From Bdellovibrionales bacterium (GTDB lineage Bacteria > Bdellovibrionota > Bdellovibrionia > Bdellovibrionales > JAKFYE01), in assembly GCA_965116215.1 (NCBI GenBank), contig OZ220494.1, forward strand, positions 1,499,992 to 1,563,991: DNA of 64,000 nt. Reading direction: 5' to 3'. Each line of letters begins with the position of its first letter. Within the stretch, counting starts at the first letter, position 1. This document shows, one piece after another, positions 49,056 through 59,415 of the stretch. The notes under the pieces are model-generated. The model saw only the letters and a list, made by a program, of their open reading frames with translations. It made no database searches and was not told the origin of the DNA. The position numbers and the translations under genes are program-made.

Positions 49056-51512
49056 TTAATGATGCTGCTGTAGGGAATGGCCAGTATAGCGAGCTCGTAT
49101 TCCATGGGTTCTTTCTGCCCGCACTTTAAACAGATCAGAGGCCTTTTTGATATCAAGAGCATTAACTAAAACTTGATCAACATGGTCTACAAGGATGATT
49201 TTTAAATCTTTTTTCACTTCTTTAGGGATATCTTTAAGAGACTTTTCGTTTTCTTTAGGTATGATAACAGTTTTTATATGAGTTCGGTGGGCTGCTAATG
49301 TTTTTTCTTTTAAACCGCCAATAGCTAAAATGCGTCCCCTTAAAGTGACTTCGCCAGTCATTGCCACCGTTCTTTTGACAGGGATTTTTGTAATAGCGGA
49401 GACAATACTTGTGATAATGGCTATGCCAGCGGAGGGCCCGTCTTTGGGTATAGCTCCTGCAGGGGCATGAATATGGACGTCTATATTTTGGTAAAATTCT
49501 GTGTCGAACCCAAATAAAGGACCTCTGGACCTCACATAACTGAGGGCTGCAGAGCAAGACTCTTTCATGACATCTCCAAGTTGACCAGTAATCGTGAATT
49601 TTCCTTTTCCAGGAACGACAGAGACTTCAATGGCTAATAAGTCACCTCCTGCTTCTGTCCATGCGAGTCCATTTGTCAAACCAATTTCATTTTTGTCTTC
49701 TAATTTATCTTGCTTAAAATCGGGACCTTCTAAGAGTGTGTTTATTTTCTTTAGTGTTATAGAGATGGGTTTTTGGGTATTTTTTTTAAGGATTTCTCGT
49801 GCGACTTTTCGACAAACTGTTGCAATTTTTCGTTCTAACCCGCGAACACCTGCTTCACGTGTATACCCTTTTATTAAAGTTTGAAGGGCACTATCTGTAA
49901 ATGAGATTTTTTTATCTTTAAGTCCGTGATTTTCTATCTGTTTGGGTAATAAGTACTGTTTACCGATGTTGAACTTTTCTATAAAAGTATATCCTTCAAT
50001 ATGAATGATTTCCATTCGATCCATTAAGGGCTTGGGAATTGTGTGTAAACTATTTGCCGTAGTGATAAACATAACTTTAGAAAGGTCATACTCAACTTCT
50101 AGATAATGATCTTGAAAAGAAATATTTTGTTCGGGATCGAGAACTTCTAATAGAGCAGAAGAGGGGTCACCTCGAAAGTCAGTGCTCATTTTATCAATTT
50201 CATCTAATAACATAAGAGGGTTACCTGAATTGGCCTTTTTCATAGACTGAATAATTCGACCCGGCATTGCTCCAACGTATGTTCGACGATGTCCTCGTAT
50301 TTCAGCTTCATCTCTGACTCCTCCCAAAGATATGCGTACAAATTTTCGATTCATAGCTCTGGCTATAGATTTTCCAAGTGAAGTTTTTCCTACCCCTGGG
50401 GGGCCAACCAGACAGAGAATGGAACCCTTTAATGATTGATTAAGGGTGTGTACAGCTAAATGCTCTAATATTCTTTCTTTAACTTTTTCTAATCCATAGT
50501 GATCTGCATTGAGAATTTTTTCTGCTTTTTCTAGATCCTTTTTAACAGGAGCATATTCTAACCAAGGTAAAGAGATCATCCAGTCTATATAGTTTCTGAT
50601 AACAGTTGCCTCTGCACTCATCGGTGACATCATTTTTAGTTTCTTGATCTCTTTTTGGGTTTTGGTGAGAGCCTCTTTCGGCATTTTCTTTTTTTTCAGT
50701 TGAGTTTCTAACTCTTGAATTTCAGCTTGAAAATCGTCTTTTTCTCCCAGCTCTTTTTGGATAGCTTGCATTTGTTCGTTGAGATAATACTCCTTTTGAG
50801 AGCGTTCCATTTGTTTTTTTATGCGGCTTCGGATTTTCTTTTCTACTTCTAGGATTTCAATTTCAGATGTCATCATTCCCAGTAGCTTTTCTAAGCGTTG
50901 TCCAGGGTCTGATATTGTTAAAATGGTTTGTTTATCTTCAATTTTCAAATTGAGTTGAGCCACAATAATATCAGCCAGTTCACTGGGTTGATTAATGGTA
51001 GAAATTTTCATAAGTACTTCAGGAGGAATTCTTTTATTGAGTTTTACGTAGTTTTCAAATGTTAATTTGATAGATCTCATTATAGCACTGGCTTCAACGG
51101 GGTGCTGCGGGACTTCTTTTAGCTCTTCAATTTTGATTTCAAAATATTTCTCTGTTTGAAGATATTCTTTAATTTTCACTCGTGATTTGCCCTCCACAAG
51201 CACTTTAACAGTTCCATCGGGAAGTCTTAACAGTTGAATAATTGTACTGCGAGTTCCAATATCATAGATTTCATTAGGTTTAGGATCGTTTGTTTTGGCC
51301 TCTTTTTGTGCTGCCAAAATAATGGAAGATCCTCGATTCATTGCCTCTTCCAGGGCGTGAACACTTTTTTCTCGACCAACGAACAGTGGCATCATCATGT
51401 GGGGAAAAACAATTAAATCTCTGAGAGGAAGTAAGGGGAATTGGTCATGGGGCACTGATATGTTGTTTTCAGATTCTCCAGTTTCCTTTTTGTTATTTTT
51501 TGTATCATCCAC
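49056..51512 (-). CDS. lon: ATP-dependent Lon protease
   Basis: LON N-domain, Walker [10 protein letters not shown], protease Ser in KDGPSAG and Lys in IGGLKEK. Confidence 0.96.
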   Translation of the reverse strand: MDDTKNNKKETGESENNISVPHDQFPLLPLRDLIVFPHMMMPLFVGREKSVHALEEAMNRGSSIILAAQKEAKTNDPKPNEIYDIGTRSTIIQLLRLPDGTVKVLVEGKSRVKIKEYLQTEKYFEIKIEELKEVPQHPVEASAIMRSIKLTFENYVKLNKRIPPEVLMKISTINQPSELADIIVAQLNLKIEDKQTILTISDPGQRLEKLLGMMTSEIEILEVEKKIRSRIKKQMERSQKEYYLNEQMQAIQKELGEKDDFQAEIQELETQLKKKKMPKEALTKTQKEIKKLKMMSPMSAEATVIRNYIDWMISLPWLEYAPVKKDLEKAEKILNADHYGLEKVKERILEHLAVHTLNQSLKGSILCLVGPPGVGKTSLGKSIARAMNRKFVRISLGGVRDEAEIRGHRRTYVGAMPGRIIQSMKKANSGNPLMLLDEIDKMSTDFRGDPSSALLEVLDPEQNISFQDHYLEVEYDLSKVMFITTANSLHTIPKPLMDRMEIIHIEGYTFIEKFNIGKQYLLPKQIENHGLKDKKISFTDSALQTLIKGYTREAGVRGLERKIATVCRKVAREILKKNTQKPISITLKKINTLLEGPDFKQDKLEDKNEIGLTNGLAWTEAGGDLLAIEVSVVPGKGKFTITGQLGDVMKESCSAALSYVRSRGPLFGFDTEFYQNIDVHIHAPAGAIPKDGPSAGIAIITSIVSAITKIPVKRTVAMTGEVTLRGRILAIGGLKEKTLAAHRTHIKTVIIPKENEKSLKDIPKEVKKDLKIILVDHVDQVLVNALDIKKASDLFKVRAERTHGIRARYTGHSLQQHH

Positions 51513-51553
51513 GATACACTCTCCTTCATATTTTGAGAAGGTGGGGAGAATAT

Positions 51554-52852
51554 CTATGCGCTTTCGGCCTTGCTCCCCCTTTTGACTTTCTCAATTGTTG
51601 CTTTTTTATCCTTACGTTGGTAAATGAGTTGAGGTTTTTCTTCACCGCGAATAACCCTATCTGTAATTATACATTCTTTAATGTCTTTCTTGGAAGGGAT
51701 TTCATACATGATGTCTAGCATGGCTGTCTCCATAACACCTCTGAGGCCTCTAGCCCCTGTTTTTCTAGACAGAGCCTCTTCGGCAATAGCTATGACAGCC
51801 TCTGGTTGAAATGTCAGCTTCACGTCTTCAAAACCAAATAGCTTTACATATTGTTTGGTGAGTGCATTTTTGGGCTTTTCTAGGATGTCTATTAGGGCAT
51901 TTTTTGTTAAAGTGTCTAAAACGGCAGCAACTGGAAGTCGACCAATGAATTCAGGAATAAGACCAAACTTAACAAGATCATCTGGTTGCATTAGCCTGAG
52001 AATGTTACTGGACTGTTCTTTTTCTTTTTGGGTTTGAATATTAGCAACAATACCCATTGCTTTGTTGGAGACTCTGCTTTCTATGACTTTATCTAGTCCG
52101 ACAAAAGCTCCACCTACGATAAACAGAATATTAGAAGTATCAACTTGAATGAATTCTTGTTGAGGATGTTTCCTTCCGCCTTTAGGTGGCAGGTTGGCGA
52201 CGGTGCCTTCAAGAATTTTCAAAAGAGCTTGCTGAACCCCTTCCCCAGAGACATCTCTTGTGATCGAAGGGTTTTCCGATTTTCTACAGATTTTATCTAT
52301 TTCATCAATGTAGATCACACCCTTTTCTGCTTTTTCGACATCATAGTTAGCAGATTGCAGTAAATTGAGAACAACATTCTCCACATCTTCTCCAACGTAT
52401 CCAGCTTCTGTTAAAGTTGTTGCATCGGCCATGGCAAAAGGAACATTTAAGATACGAGCAATAGTTTGAGCGAGAAGAGTTTTTCCTGAACCTGTGGGAC
52501 CGAGGAGGAGTATGTTGCTTTTTTGTAATTCTACATCGTCTTTTTTGTTTTTAGATGTGATTCTTTTGTAATGATTATGAACGGCGACAGAAAGAGATTT
52601 TTTGGCTAGCTCCTGTCCTATGACATAATCATCCAGATGCTGCTTTATGGTTTTAGGAGTGGGAACTTTGAAATCTGCATCATTTAGTGTTTCGCGTTTA
52701 TTTTCCTCTTCGATGATATCGTTACAAAGATCGATACACTCATCGCAAATGTAGACATCAGGTCCTGCGATCAGCTTCTTTACCTCTTGTTGCGTTTTTC
52801 CACAAAAGCTACATGATAATTGTTGTTTTTTCGAATTGCCTTTTTTACTCAC
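51554..52852 (-). CDS. clpX: ATP-dependent Clp protease ATP-binding subunit ClpX
   Basis: Zn-finger CSFCGK...CDEC, Walker [18 protein letters not shown] prefer the GTG at 52852 (GGAGG upstream; 13 residues before the first Cys, as in E. coli) over the TTG at 52894 in the ORF track. Confidence 0.95.
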   Translation of the reverse strand: MSKKGNSKKQQLSCSFCGKTQQEVKKLIAGPDVYICDECIDLCNDIIEEENKRETLNDADFKVPTPKTIKQHLDDYVIGQELAKKSLSVAVHNHYKRITSKNKKDDVELQKSNILLLGPTGSGKTLLAQTIARILNVPFAMADATTLTEAGYVGEDVENVVLNLLQSANYDVEKAEKGVIYIDEIDKICRKSENPSITRDVSGEGVQQALLKILEGTVANLPPKGGRKHPQQEFIQVDTSNILFIVGGAFVGLDKVIESRVSNKAMGIVANIQTQKEKEQSSNILRLMQPDDLVKFGLIPEFIGRLPVAAVLDTLTKNALIDILEKPKNALTKQYVKLFGFEDVKLTFQPEAVIAIAEEALSRKTGARGLRGVMETAMLDIMYEIPSKKDIKECIITDRVIRGEEKPQLIYQRKDKKATIEKVKRGSKAESA

Positions 52853-53480
52853 TCTTGTCCTCCATGTTTTTTCGGCTAGAGACAATTTGATCAATGAGCC
52901 CTAATTCTTTTGCTTTATCAGGGTCCATAAAATGGTCTCTGTCCATGGCTTCCACCAAAAATGTATAATCCATATTAGTATGACTTTCGTAAATTTTTGT
53001 TAAGTGTTCTTTTGTTTTTATCAGCTCCTTTGCATGTATTTCTATATCGCTAGCTTGACCTGAAAGTCCACCTTGTAGAAGGGGTTGGTGTATCATAATT
53101 TTGGAATTGGGAAGGGTGTATCGTTTTCCCTTTGTGCCAGCAATTAATAAAAGGGATCCCATGCTGGCCGCCAATCCTGTGCAGATAGTTGTTATATCAC
53201 ACTTTACAAATTGCATAATGTCATAAATGCCTAAACCTGCAGTGACGCTACCGCCAGGGGAATTTATATAGAGTTGGATATCTTTTTCAGGGTTTTCCAT
53301 TTCAAGGAACAACATTTGGGCAACAACTAGGTTAGCAATTTCGTCAGTGATAGGTGTGCCTAGGAATATAATACGGTCCTTTAGCAGTCTGGAATAAATA
53401 TCATAACTTCTTTCACCTCGAGATGTTTGTTCAATCACCATTGGTATTAACGCCATGGGTGTGCCCTCTTTTTTGTTCAC
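52845..53480 (-). CDS. clpP: ATP-dependent Clp protease proteolytic subunit
   Basis: [21 protein letters not shown], catalytic Ser in GLAASMGS and His in IMIHQP. Confidence 0.96.
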   Translation of the reverse strand: MNKKEGTPMALIPMVIEQTSRGERSYDIYSRLLKDRIIFLGTPITDEIANLVVAQMLFLEMENPEKDIQLYINSPGGSVTAGLGIYDIMQFVKCDITTICTGLAASMGSLLLIAGTKGKRYTLPNSKIMIHQPLLQGGLSGQASDIEIHAKELIKTKEHLTKIYESHTNMDYTFLVEAMDRDHFMDPDKAKELGLIDQIVSSRKNMEDKSE

Positions 53481-53758
53481 TTTAATTCTCCTCTAATTTT
53501 ATCAAAAATCATTATGTCTTCGCCGCTTTGTCAAAAGTGTCCGCAGTGAGATTATTTTATGCTTAGTTTTATTAAGTCTATCGGGTTTTTAAAGTTCAAA
53601 GTGAACCTTTAAAACACTTTTAATTGATGGGTATTTTATGCTAAGCTGGCTATTGTTCCATTTTAATAATAGAGAAAATATTTTAAAGATGGCTTGTGCC
53701 ACAGTATTTTCGTTTTTTAATAGGAAGAGATTGTCTCATTTTGGCTCAAGGAGATGTT

Positions 53759-55246
53759 ATGTTGACTCTAAATATAGTAGAACCCAATTGTGTTAAAGAG
53801 CAATTGGGTGTTGTTTTTATAGCAAAGTCCTCAAGAGAGGGTCATAGTTGGATTCATTCATTGCCCTCTCAGTGTGTGAAAAATTTTAAGGCGTATTATG
53901 ATGAAAGTGTATTTACTGGAAAAGTAGGGGACTTTGCTTTTTTAAAAAATCAGACTTTTGAAAACAGTTCGGATCTTTTGGTTGTGGGTCTTGGTTCACA
54001 TGTCAATCATGAGTCCTTGCGCCATGTTTTGGGTCAAGTTGTTTTAAAACTGAGTGCGTATAAAGTTTTCAATATCAATTTGCATGTTTCTACTCTAAAT
54101 CGCTTTTTTAAAAGTGAATTTGAATTGGGAAGGGCACTTGCTGAGGGGTTCTTACTGAGTGCGTATTCCTATAAGTCTTATTGTTCAAAAAGTCAGAAAA
54201 AGGGTCAAGAATTATGTGTGGATATAGTGACCTCTGTTAAAGGAAAGAGGCGTCTTTTGCAGGGTGTGAATGAAGGGCGTGTTATTGCAGATGCTACAAA
54301 TTTTGCACGTTGGTTGGGGGATAGTCCTGGGAATTTTATGACTCCGACACAGTTAGGTAAAGAGGCTCGGAAAGTGGGAAAGGGCGTTCGAGTTACAGTT
54401 TGGGATAGAGCACGTATTGAAAAGGAGAGAATGGGTAATTTACTGGGGGTATCTAAGGGAAGTGGTGAGTCACCCACTTTTATCATTATGGAATATAGGG
54501 GTGGGCCAGCATCGAAAAAGCCCATCTGTCTTGTGGGGAAGGGGCTGACGTTTGACTCTGGTGGTATTAGTTTAAAACCTCCTCTTTCGATGGATGAAAT
54601 GAAATATGATATGTGTGGGGGTGCGGCTGTTATTGGTGCTTTAAAAGCTATTTCGGCTTTAAAGCTGAAGGTGAATGTTATAGGAATTGTTCCTGCATCG
54701 GAAAATATGCCGGGCCCTTTAGCCAATAAGCCAGGGGATATTACAGTCGCTCGGAATGGTAAAACAACAGAGGTGAATAATACAGATGCTGAAGGGCGAC
54801 TCATTTTATCAGATGCCCTTTGTTATGCCTCAGAAAAGAAACCAGCATGTATAGTCACTACAGCGACTTTAACGGGTGCTATTATTATTTCTTTAGGGAA
54901 TATACATACGGGGCTATTTACAAGAAATGACAGATTGTCCAAAGTTTTAAGGGCTGCATCGCAAAAGTCTGGAGAAAATGTTTGGCAACTTCCTCTGACG
55001 GATGAACATAGTGATGATATGAAGGGGACGTATGCCGATCTTTCAAATATTGGTTCTACTCGAGGGGCACAGAGCTGTCAGGCGGCAGCTTTCTTGAGTG
55101 AGTTTGTGGATGAGAAAATTCCTTTTGCACATTTTGATATAGCGGGTACAGCATGGAATGTGGGTCACCGTAAGGCGTATCATCCGAAAAAGGGTGCAAC
55201 GGGTGTAATGGTGAGAACATTTGTTGATTTTGTTCGTCTGTATTGA
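53759..55246 (+). CDS. pepA: Leucyl aminopeptidase (M17)
   Basis: VGKGLTFDSGGISLK and the M17 signature NTDAEGRL. I prefer the ATG at 53759 (AAGGAG 5 nt upstream) over the GTG at 53696. Confidence 0.9.
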   Translation: MLTLNIVEPNCVKEQLGVVFIAKSSREGHSWIHSLPSQCVKNFKAYYDESVFTGKVGDFAFLKNQTFENSSDLLVVGLGSHVNHESLRHVLGQVVLKLSAYKVFNINLHVSTLNRFFKSEFELGRALAEGFLLSAYSYKSYCSKSQKKGQELCVDIVTSVKGKRRLLQGVNEGRVIADATNFARWLGDSPGNFMTPTQLGKEARKVGKGVRVTVWDRARIEKERMGNLLGVSKGSGESPTFIIMEYRGGPASKKPICLVGKGLTFDSGGISLKPPLSMDEMKYDMCGGAAVIGALKAISALKLKVNVIGIVPASENMPGPLANKPGDITVARNGKTTEVNNTDAEGRLILSDALCYASEKKPACIVTTATLTGAIIISLGNIHTGLFTRNDRLSKVLRAASQKSGENVWQLPLTDEHSDDMKGTYADLSNIGSTRGAQSCQAAAFLSEFVDEKIPFAHFDIAGTAWNVGHRKAYHPKKGATGVMVRTFVDFVRLY

Positions 55247-55266
55247 TGTTTAGTAGGATAAAAAAT

Positions 55267-56139
55267 TTACTTTTTTTGTAAACTCTGAATATCATCTATA
55301 GATAGGCCAGTGATTTTTTGGATGGTTGAGGTGTCAAATTTTTCTTTTAGCATTTTCATGGCGACTTTTTTTAAGCCTTCCTCTAAGCCTTCTTCACGGG
55401 CAAAATCTTTTTCTGCCATCTGGTCACGAAGAAACTTTATTCGAGCCTCTTCTTCCATTCTGAGTTCCTCATCTTTTGATAGGCGTTTTAGATGGACTAC
55501 GGCTTCTTTCATATCTTGATTCCTGTTTGATAATACTTGTAGTTCATTGGGTTTTATTTCGTTTGAATGCTTTAAAGTATAGCACCATTGATCTCGTATA
55601 TCAATTAAATCCTCAATCTTCTTGTTAAACTTCTTTAATTCTACAAATATAATTTTTAAATCATTATTGAAACAGAAATGTGGAGGTTGATCTGAGAGTA
55701 ACGAAAAGCAAGTGACAAAGTCTGTAGACTCTTTGAATACTTTAAAATCAGTAGTAAAAATGAGTGAATAGGTGGGGGAAACCTTCTTATAGGGCTCTGA
55801 GACTGTTAAATCTTCAGTGTAGAGTTTGGCCCAATAAAAAAGGACTCTGGATAAGAAATCTTTCTTTTGAGATGCTTGCATTTCTACATTGATTTTCTCT
55901 TTATTGTTTAATCTTAATTTTAAATCTAGAATAATCTGCTTTTTTTCTTTTGTATCTGGAAGGTTTTGAGAATTAAGAATATCGATACGCTCGATCTTTT
56001 GATCAGGGAGTAGGGGCAAAAAGGCTTTAAGCAAGGAGAGGAGAACTTTTTTATTTTTTGTAAAATAGATCTTAAACATGAGATCTTGAGTGAGCTTAAT
56101 GTAGGAATTTTCTGATGGCTTTATATGTTTTTTTCTCAT
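55267..56139 (-). CDS. Rpn-family recombination-promoting nuclease / PD-(D/E)XK putative transposase
   Basis: N-terminal PDDEXK_2 pattern LTQDLMFKIYFTKNKKVLLSLLKAFLP ... IILDLKLRL..EKINVEMQ. The C-terminal helical tail ends ...TIQKITGLSIDDIQSL, typical of this family. Confidence 0.75.
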   Translation of the reverse strand: MRKKHIKPSENSYIKLTQDLMFKIYFTKNKKVLLSLLKAFLPLLPDQKIERIDILNSQNLPDTKEKKQIILDLKLRLNNKEKINVEMQASQKKDFLSRVLFYWAKLYTEDLTVSEPYKKVSPTYSLIFTTDFKVFKESTDFVTCFSLLSDQPPHFCFNNDLKIIFVELKKFNKKIEDLIDIRDQWCYTLKHSNEIKPNELQVLSNRNQDMKEAVVHLKRLSKDEELRMEEEARIKFLRDQMAEKDFAREEGLEEGLKKVAMKMLKEKFDTSTIQKITGLSIDDIQSLQKK

Positions 56140-56506
56140 TTTTTACCTCTAATTTTTCTGATGTCTCTTTTTATTTGTTTAATCGCACAGGATTATTTTT
56201 TATAAAAAAATATATAAAGCAAAATGGAGGGCCGTCTGAAATGTAAAAGAACACTTCATGATGTCCGAAAATAGAGATGTCGCTCGGGAGAGCTTTTTAT
56301 TTTAATGGTATGGTATATTTATTGACCTTAAGAGCAGCCGCTTTCTTTTAAGGAAATTTTAATAAGAGTTTCATTCTCCACCTTTTATGACTCTGCTCTA
56401 TTCTAAAACTCATTATCTGCCCCATATTTTGGATCATTTCAAAATTTCATTATTCTATTTTATTCTAAAACTGGACAAATCCTTTGATTTTATGTTCTAA
56501 AAAATT

Positions 56507-56944
56507 ATGCCTATTCAAGCAGAACAGAGCCGCATTGTTCAGGTGTTTCGTCAAATTTCTTCTTGGGAGGAGAAGTACAAGTTGATTATTCAAAAGGGGA
56601 GAGGTTTGCCTGAGCTACCGGAACATCTGTATGAGGATAACTATCTTGTGAGAGGGTGCCAATCCAAGGTGTGGATGCATGCTGAATTACAAGAGGGGAG
56701 AGTGCAAATTCAGGCAGATAGTGATGCAGCTATTGTGAAGGGATTGATTGCCCTTTTGATTGAAGTGTATTCTGATCAAACTCCAGAGGAAATTTTACAT
56801 TCAAAGCCAGACTTTATTAAGAAGATAGGGCTTAATGTGAGCCTATCTCAAACTCGAGCGAATGGACTTGTGGCTATGATTCAACAAATTCATCTCTATG
56901 CTCAGGCTTTTCAGGCCATGAAAAAATCTTCTGTAAAACCCTAA
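56507..56944 (+). CDS. sufE: SufE-family sulfur acceptor protein
   Basis: Conserved persulfide Cys context VRGCQSKVW, 145 aa. No sufS or sufBCD in the window. Confidence 0.85.
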   Translation: MPIQAEQSRIVQVFRQISSWEEKYKLIIQKGRGLPELPEHLYEDNYLVRGCQSKVWMHAELQEGRVQIQADSDAAIVKGLIALLIEVYSDQTPEEILHSKPDFIKKIGLNVSLSQTRANGLVAMIQQIHLYAQAFQAMKKSSVKP

Positions 56945-57212
56945 ATTGATATCTAGGGTAATGTTATAGAGATGCAGATGAATATCTATTCCATTTTGTT
57001 CTATCGACTCCGAATATCTTAGAATGTAAATATAAATACGGACATAATCCAGTGGCTATAGAGAATCACTTCCTATCTTTGAGTCAAGATAAGGACCTTA
57101 CTTTGATGCAGTTATTGAAATTGTCTTACTTTGCTTTTTCCATATGGAAGGAAAATTCTTTTGATAGAGGATCTATGATTGTTTTTACTTCAATTCCAAT
57201 ATCTTAAACATA

Positions 57213-57321
57213 AAGCAAGTATATAAAGAGATTAAGATCTCGAGAGAGGTAGCAGGGTCCACGAAAGTACACCACTTGGTTGAAGCAAGTATATAAAGAG
57301 AGATAAGATCTCGACAGAGAG
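57213..57321. repeat. Two imperfect direct repeats of 36 and 39 bp separated by 34 bp (70-bp period)
   Basis: AAGCAAGTATATAAAGAGA-TTAAGATCTCGAGAGAG (57213..57248) and AAGCAAGTATATAAAGAGAGATAAGATCTCGACAGAGAG (57283..57321). The unique spacer is gtagcagggtccacgaaagtacaccacttggttg. Confidence 0.8.
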
Positions 57322-57580
57322 TCTGTTCTCTCTCTCGTATTGAAACAATTGAAAAAGAGATTGCGACTGGAATTTGTTTTATATTGAGATGTAAAATGGA
57401 AATTCAGTCATTGCTCTAAAGTATAAAAATATAAAAGCCGACAACGAGGACTGTTATAACTGTCAAATTCAATTTAAACAATCAGCCTATCGAGATCTTT
57501 TGTGCCAGTTTGTACATATTCTGTATTTTATTAACAGAATACAGAGAAATGGTTTGTTTTTATCCAAAGAGGGGGAATTG

Positions 57581-59401
57581 ATGAAAATACTTTTGGGGCT
57601 TTGGGAGAAACATCCGATGTCAGTTATTTTAATAGGTGTCTTCTTTTTAATTACTGTTGGTTTTCTGATCCGCAAGTGGCGAGTTTTATATAAAGAGACA
57701 AAGCGTTTAAAAAATGATATTTATGACTCTACTCATACACTCCCTCAGAGTGATCATAGGAATACCTTTGCACAAGATTATGGTCAAAAGATCGATCCAA
57801 GGCTGAGTGAGGAGAGGTGTGTTTTTAGTCATTTGTGGAAAGAATTTACTGAGCAATTGATAAAGCCAACATCCAATAGTAAAGAGCAGGTTTTTCAAAA
57901 CAGTATCCGACCTCAGAAATTTTTTACATTAGAAGCTCTTTGTAAGAAAAAGGGAGGGCTCAATTTAAAATCTATGGAATCTGTTTCTGGGATATTAGTT
58001 GCACTAGGAGTTTTGGGAACTTTTTTGGGACTAACTCTATCTTTATTATCCCTATTGGATCCTTCTGGAATTAAGGTCGATGATTCCACTATTAAGAATC
58101 TTCTTTCAGGTGCCAGTGTTGCCTTTATCACTTCTGTTGTGGGGCTTTTTTGCAGTTTGGTATTTAGTGTTGTATTCGATCGTAAAATATTTCAAGTGGA
58201 GTGTAGCCTGGAGGATTTTAACTCTAGGCTGGAAAAAAGCTGTAAGTTTATAACGGAGGAGCATCTGTTAAATGAACACTTGGCGCAACTGAATAAACAT
58301 TTGGGGAGTATGGATGAGGCAATAGCATTAAAGGTTGGCGATCAAATAGAGTGTATGGGCGAAAGACTTCGGGGAGAGATTTCAAAGGGCCATCAAAATA
58401 TATCAGAAAAGTTTCTCTCTGATATTGTGAATAAAATGACTTCAGGTCTGGGAGAGTTTTCTAAAAAACAGATGGCCACTATAGATCACACCTTAACGGT
58501 TCTATCAGAGAACCTTCCTTCTTTATTATCAGATCTTAAAAATGTACAAAAAGAAAGCGAAAGCCAAGTGAAAGAAGTTCTAAGTGATATAGCCGTTAGT
58601 GCTAGGGATAGCCAGCAGTCAATAAATACATCTCTTGCCGAGACAGTTTCAAATATGAAAACTGAATTTGAGGGTATAATTGATAACTTGAAGCAGGGTA
58701 TGAGTGAAACTCTTTCTCATTCTTCAGGTGAGATGAAAGAAGTCATATCTTCTCTTGGTCAGGTGAATCAAAAAATTTTAAAGCGGGCCAATGAGTCACA
58801 TGCCGTTTATACAAGATCGTTCAATGAAACAGCTCATAAACTCCATTCTTTTGTGAGTCGTCTGGAAGAAGCCCTATCTGAAATCAATGGCACTACAAGT
58901 GAGAATATTAGAGAGGCGATTGACCATTTTTATAAAGCGGCAGAAAAACAAGAAGAGATTGCTGAAAAAAATCAACAGCACATTCAGTCCTTAAATAATT
59001 TAACGGAGTCTTTGCAACCTCTTCCCCATTCTTTATCGAAGATCACTCAAGACTTTTCTGAGCTTGTTCAACAAATCAATAACTCTAATGAAAAATTGCA
59101 GACTTCGTGGAGCAATTATGAATCTCGATTTGAAAATGTTGATAAATCTGCAAAGGAAGTATTTGAGAAAATAACAGAGGGTTTAAAGGATCTGTCAAAT
59201 AAGAGTGCTAATTATATTCATGAGTTAAACGGAAAAACGAGTGAAATATCGGGGCATTTTTCTGGAGCTGTTGAAGATTTAAGGGAGTCTATTGACGACT
59301 TTTCAAATAAACATCCTGAATATAATAAATTCTTTCATTCGGTTGAAAAGCTAAGCAAGGCTATTGAGGATCTTTCAAGTCATAGAGAAAAAGCGAGTTA
59401 G
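57581..59401 (+). CDS. zorA: ZorA-like protein: MotA/ExbB/TolQ-type channel domain with a helical tail of about 400 aa
   Basis: Start chosen at ATG 57581 (AGAGGGGG 5 nt upstream). Three TM helices carry the MotA/ExbB signatures SGILVALGVLGTFLGL and ASVAFITSVVGLFCSL. Residues from about 200 to 606 have no hydrophobic segments and are E/K/S/L/N/Q-rich (coiled-coil-like). It is the first gene of a four-gene operon. Confidence 0.78.
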   Translation: MKILLGLWEKHPMSVILIGVFFLITVGFLIRKWRVLYKETKRLKNDIYDSTHTLPQSDHRNTFAQDYGQKIDPRLSEERCVFSHLWKEFTEQLIKPTSNSKEQVFQNSIRPQKFFTLEALCKKKGGLNLKSMESVSGILVALGVLGTFLGLTLSLLSLLDPSGIKVDDSTIKNLLSGASVAFITSVVGLFCSLVFSVVFDRKIFQVECSLEDFNSRLEKSCKFITEEHLLNEHLAQLNKHLGSMDEAIALKVGDQIECMGERLRGEISKGHQNISEKFLSDIVNKMTSGLGEFSKKQMATIDHTLTVLSENLPSLLSDLKNVQKESESQVKEVLSDIAVSARDSQQSINTSLAETVSNMKTEFEGIIDNLKQGMSETLSHSSGEMKEVISSLGQVNQKILKRANESHAVYTRSFNETAHKLHSFVSRLEEALSEINGTTSENIREAIDHFYKAAEKQEEIAEKNQQHIQSLNNLTESLQPLPHSLSKITQDFSELVQQINNSNEKLQTSWSNYESRFENVDKSAKEVFEKITEGLKDLSNKSANYIHELNGKTSEISGHFSGAVEDLRESIDDFSNKHPEYNKFFHSVEKLSKAIEDLSSHREKAS

Positions 59402-59415
59402 GAAGGAGTGTTTGC

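Noticed and set aside
54205-54804. 199-aa minus-strand ORF inside pepA
   Set aside because: It is antisense to the region encoding the M17 catalytic motifs (VGKGLTFDSGG, NTDAEGRL). Its low-complexity S/P/F-rich composition is typical of a shadow ORF.
57213-57321. Calling the two direct repeats a CRISPR array feature
   Set aside because: There are only two repeat copies, they differ by an indel, no cas genes are in the window and the repeat termini are atypical. It is kept as a plain repeat and flagged as a finding only.
57500-57580. ORF-track start of the ZorA gene at 57500 (MCQFVHILYFINRIQRNG...)
   Set aside because: This start has no ribosome-binding site and the extension overlaps an inverted repeat. 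The ATG at 57581 has AGAGGGGG at optimal spacing and begins directly with the first TM helix.
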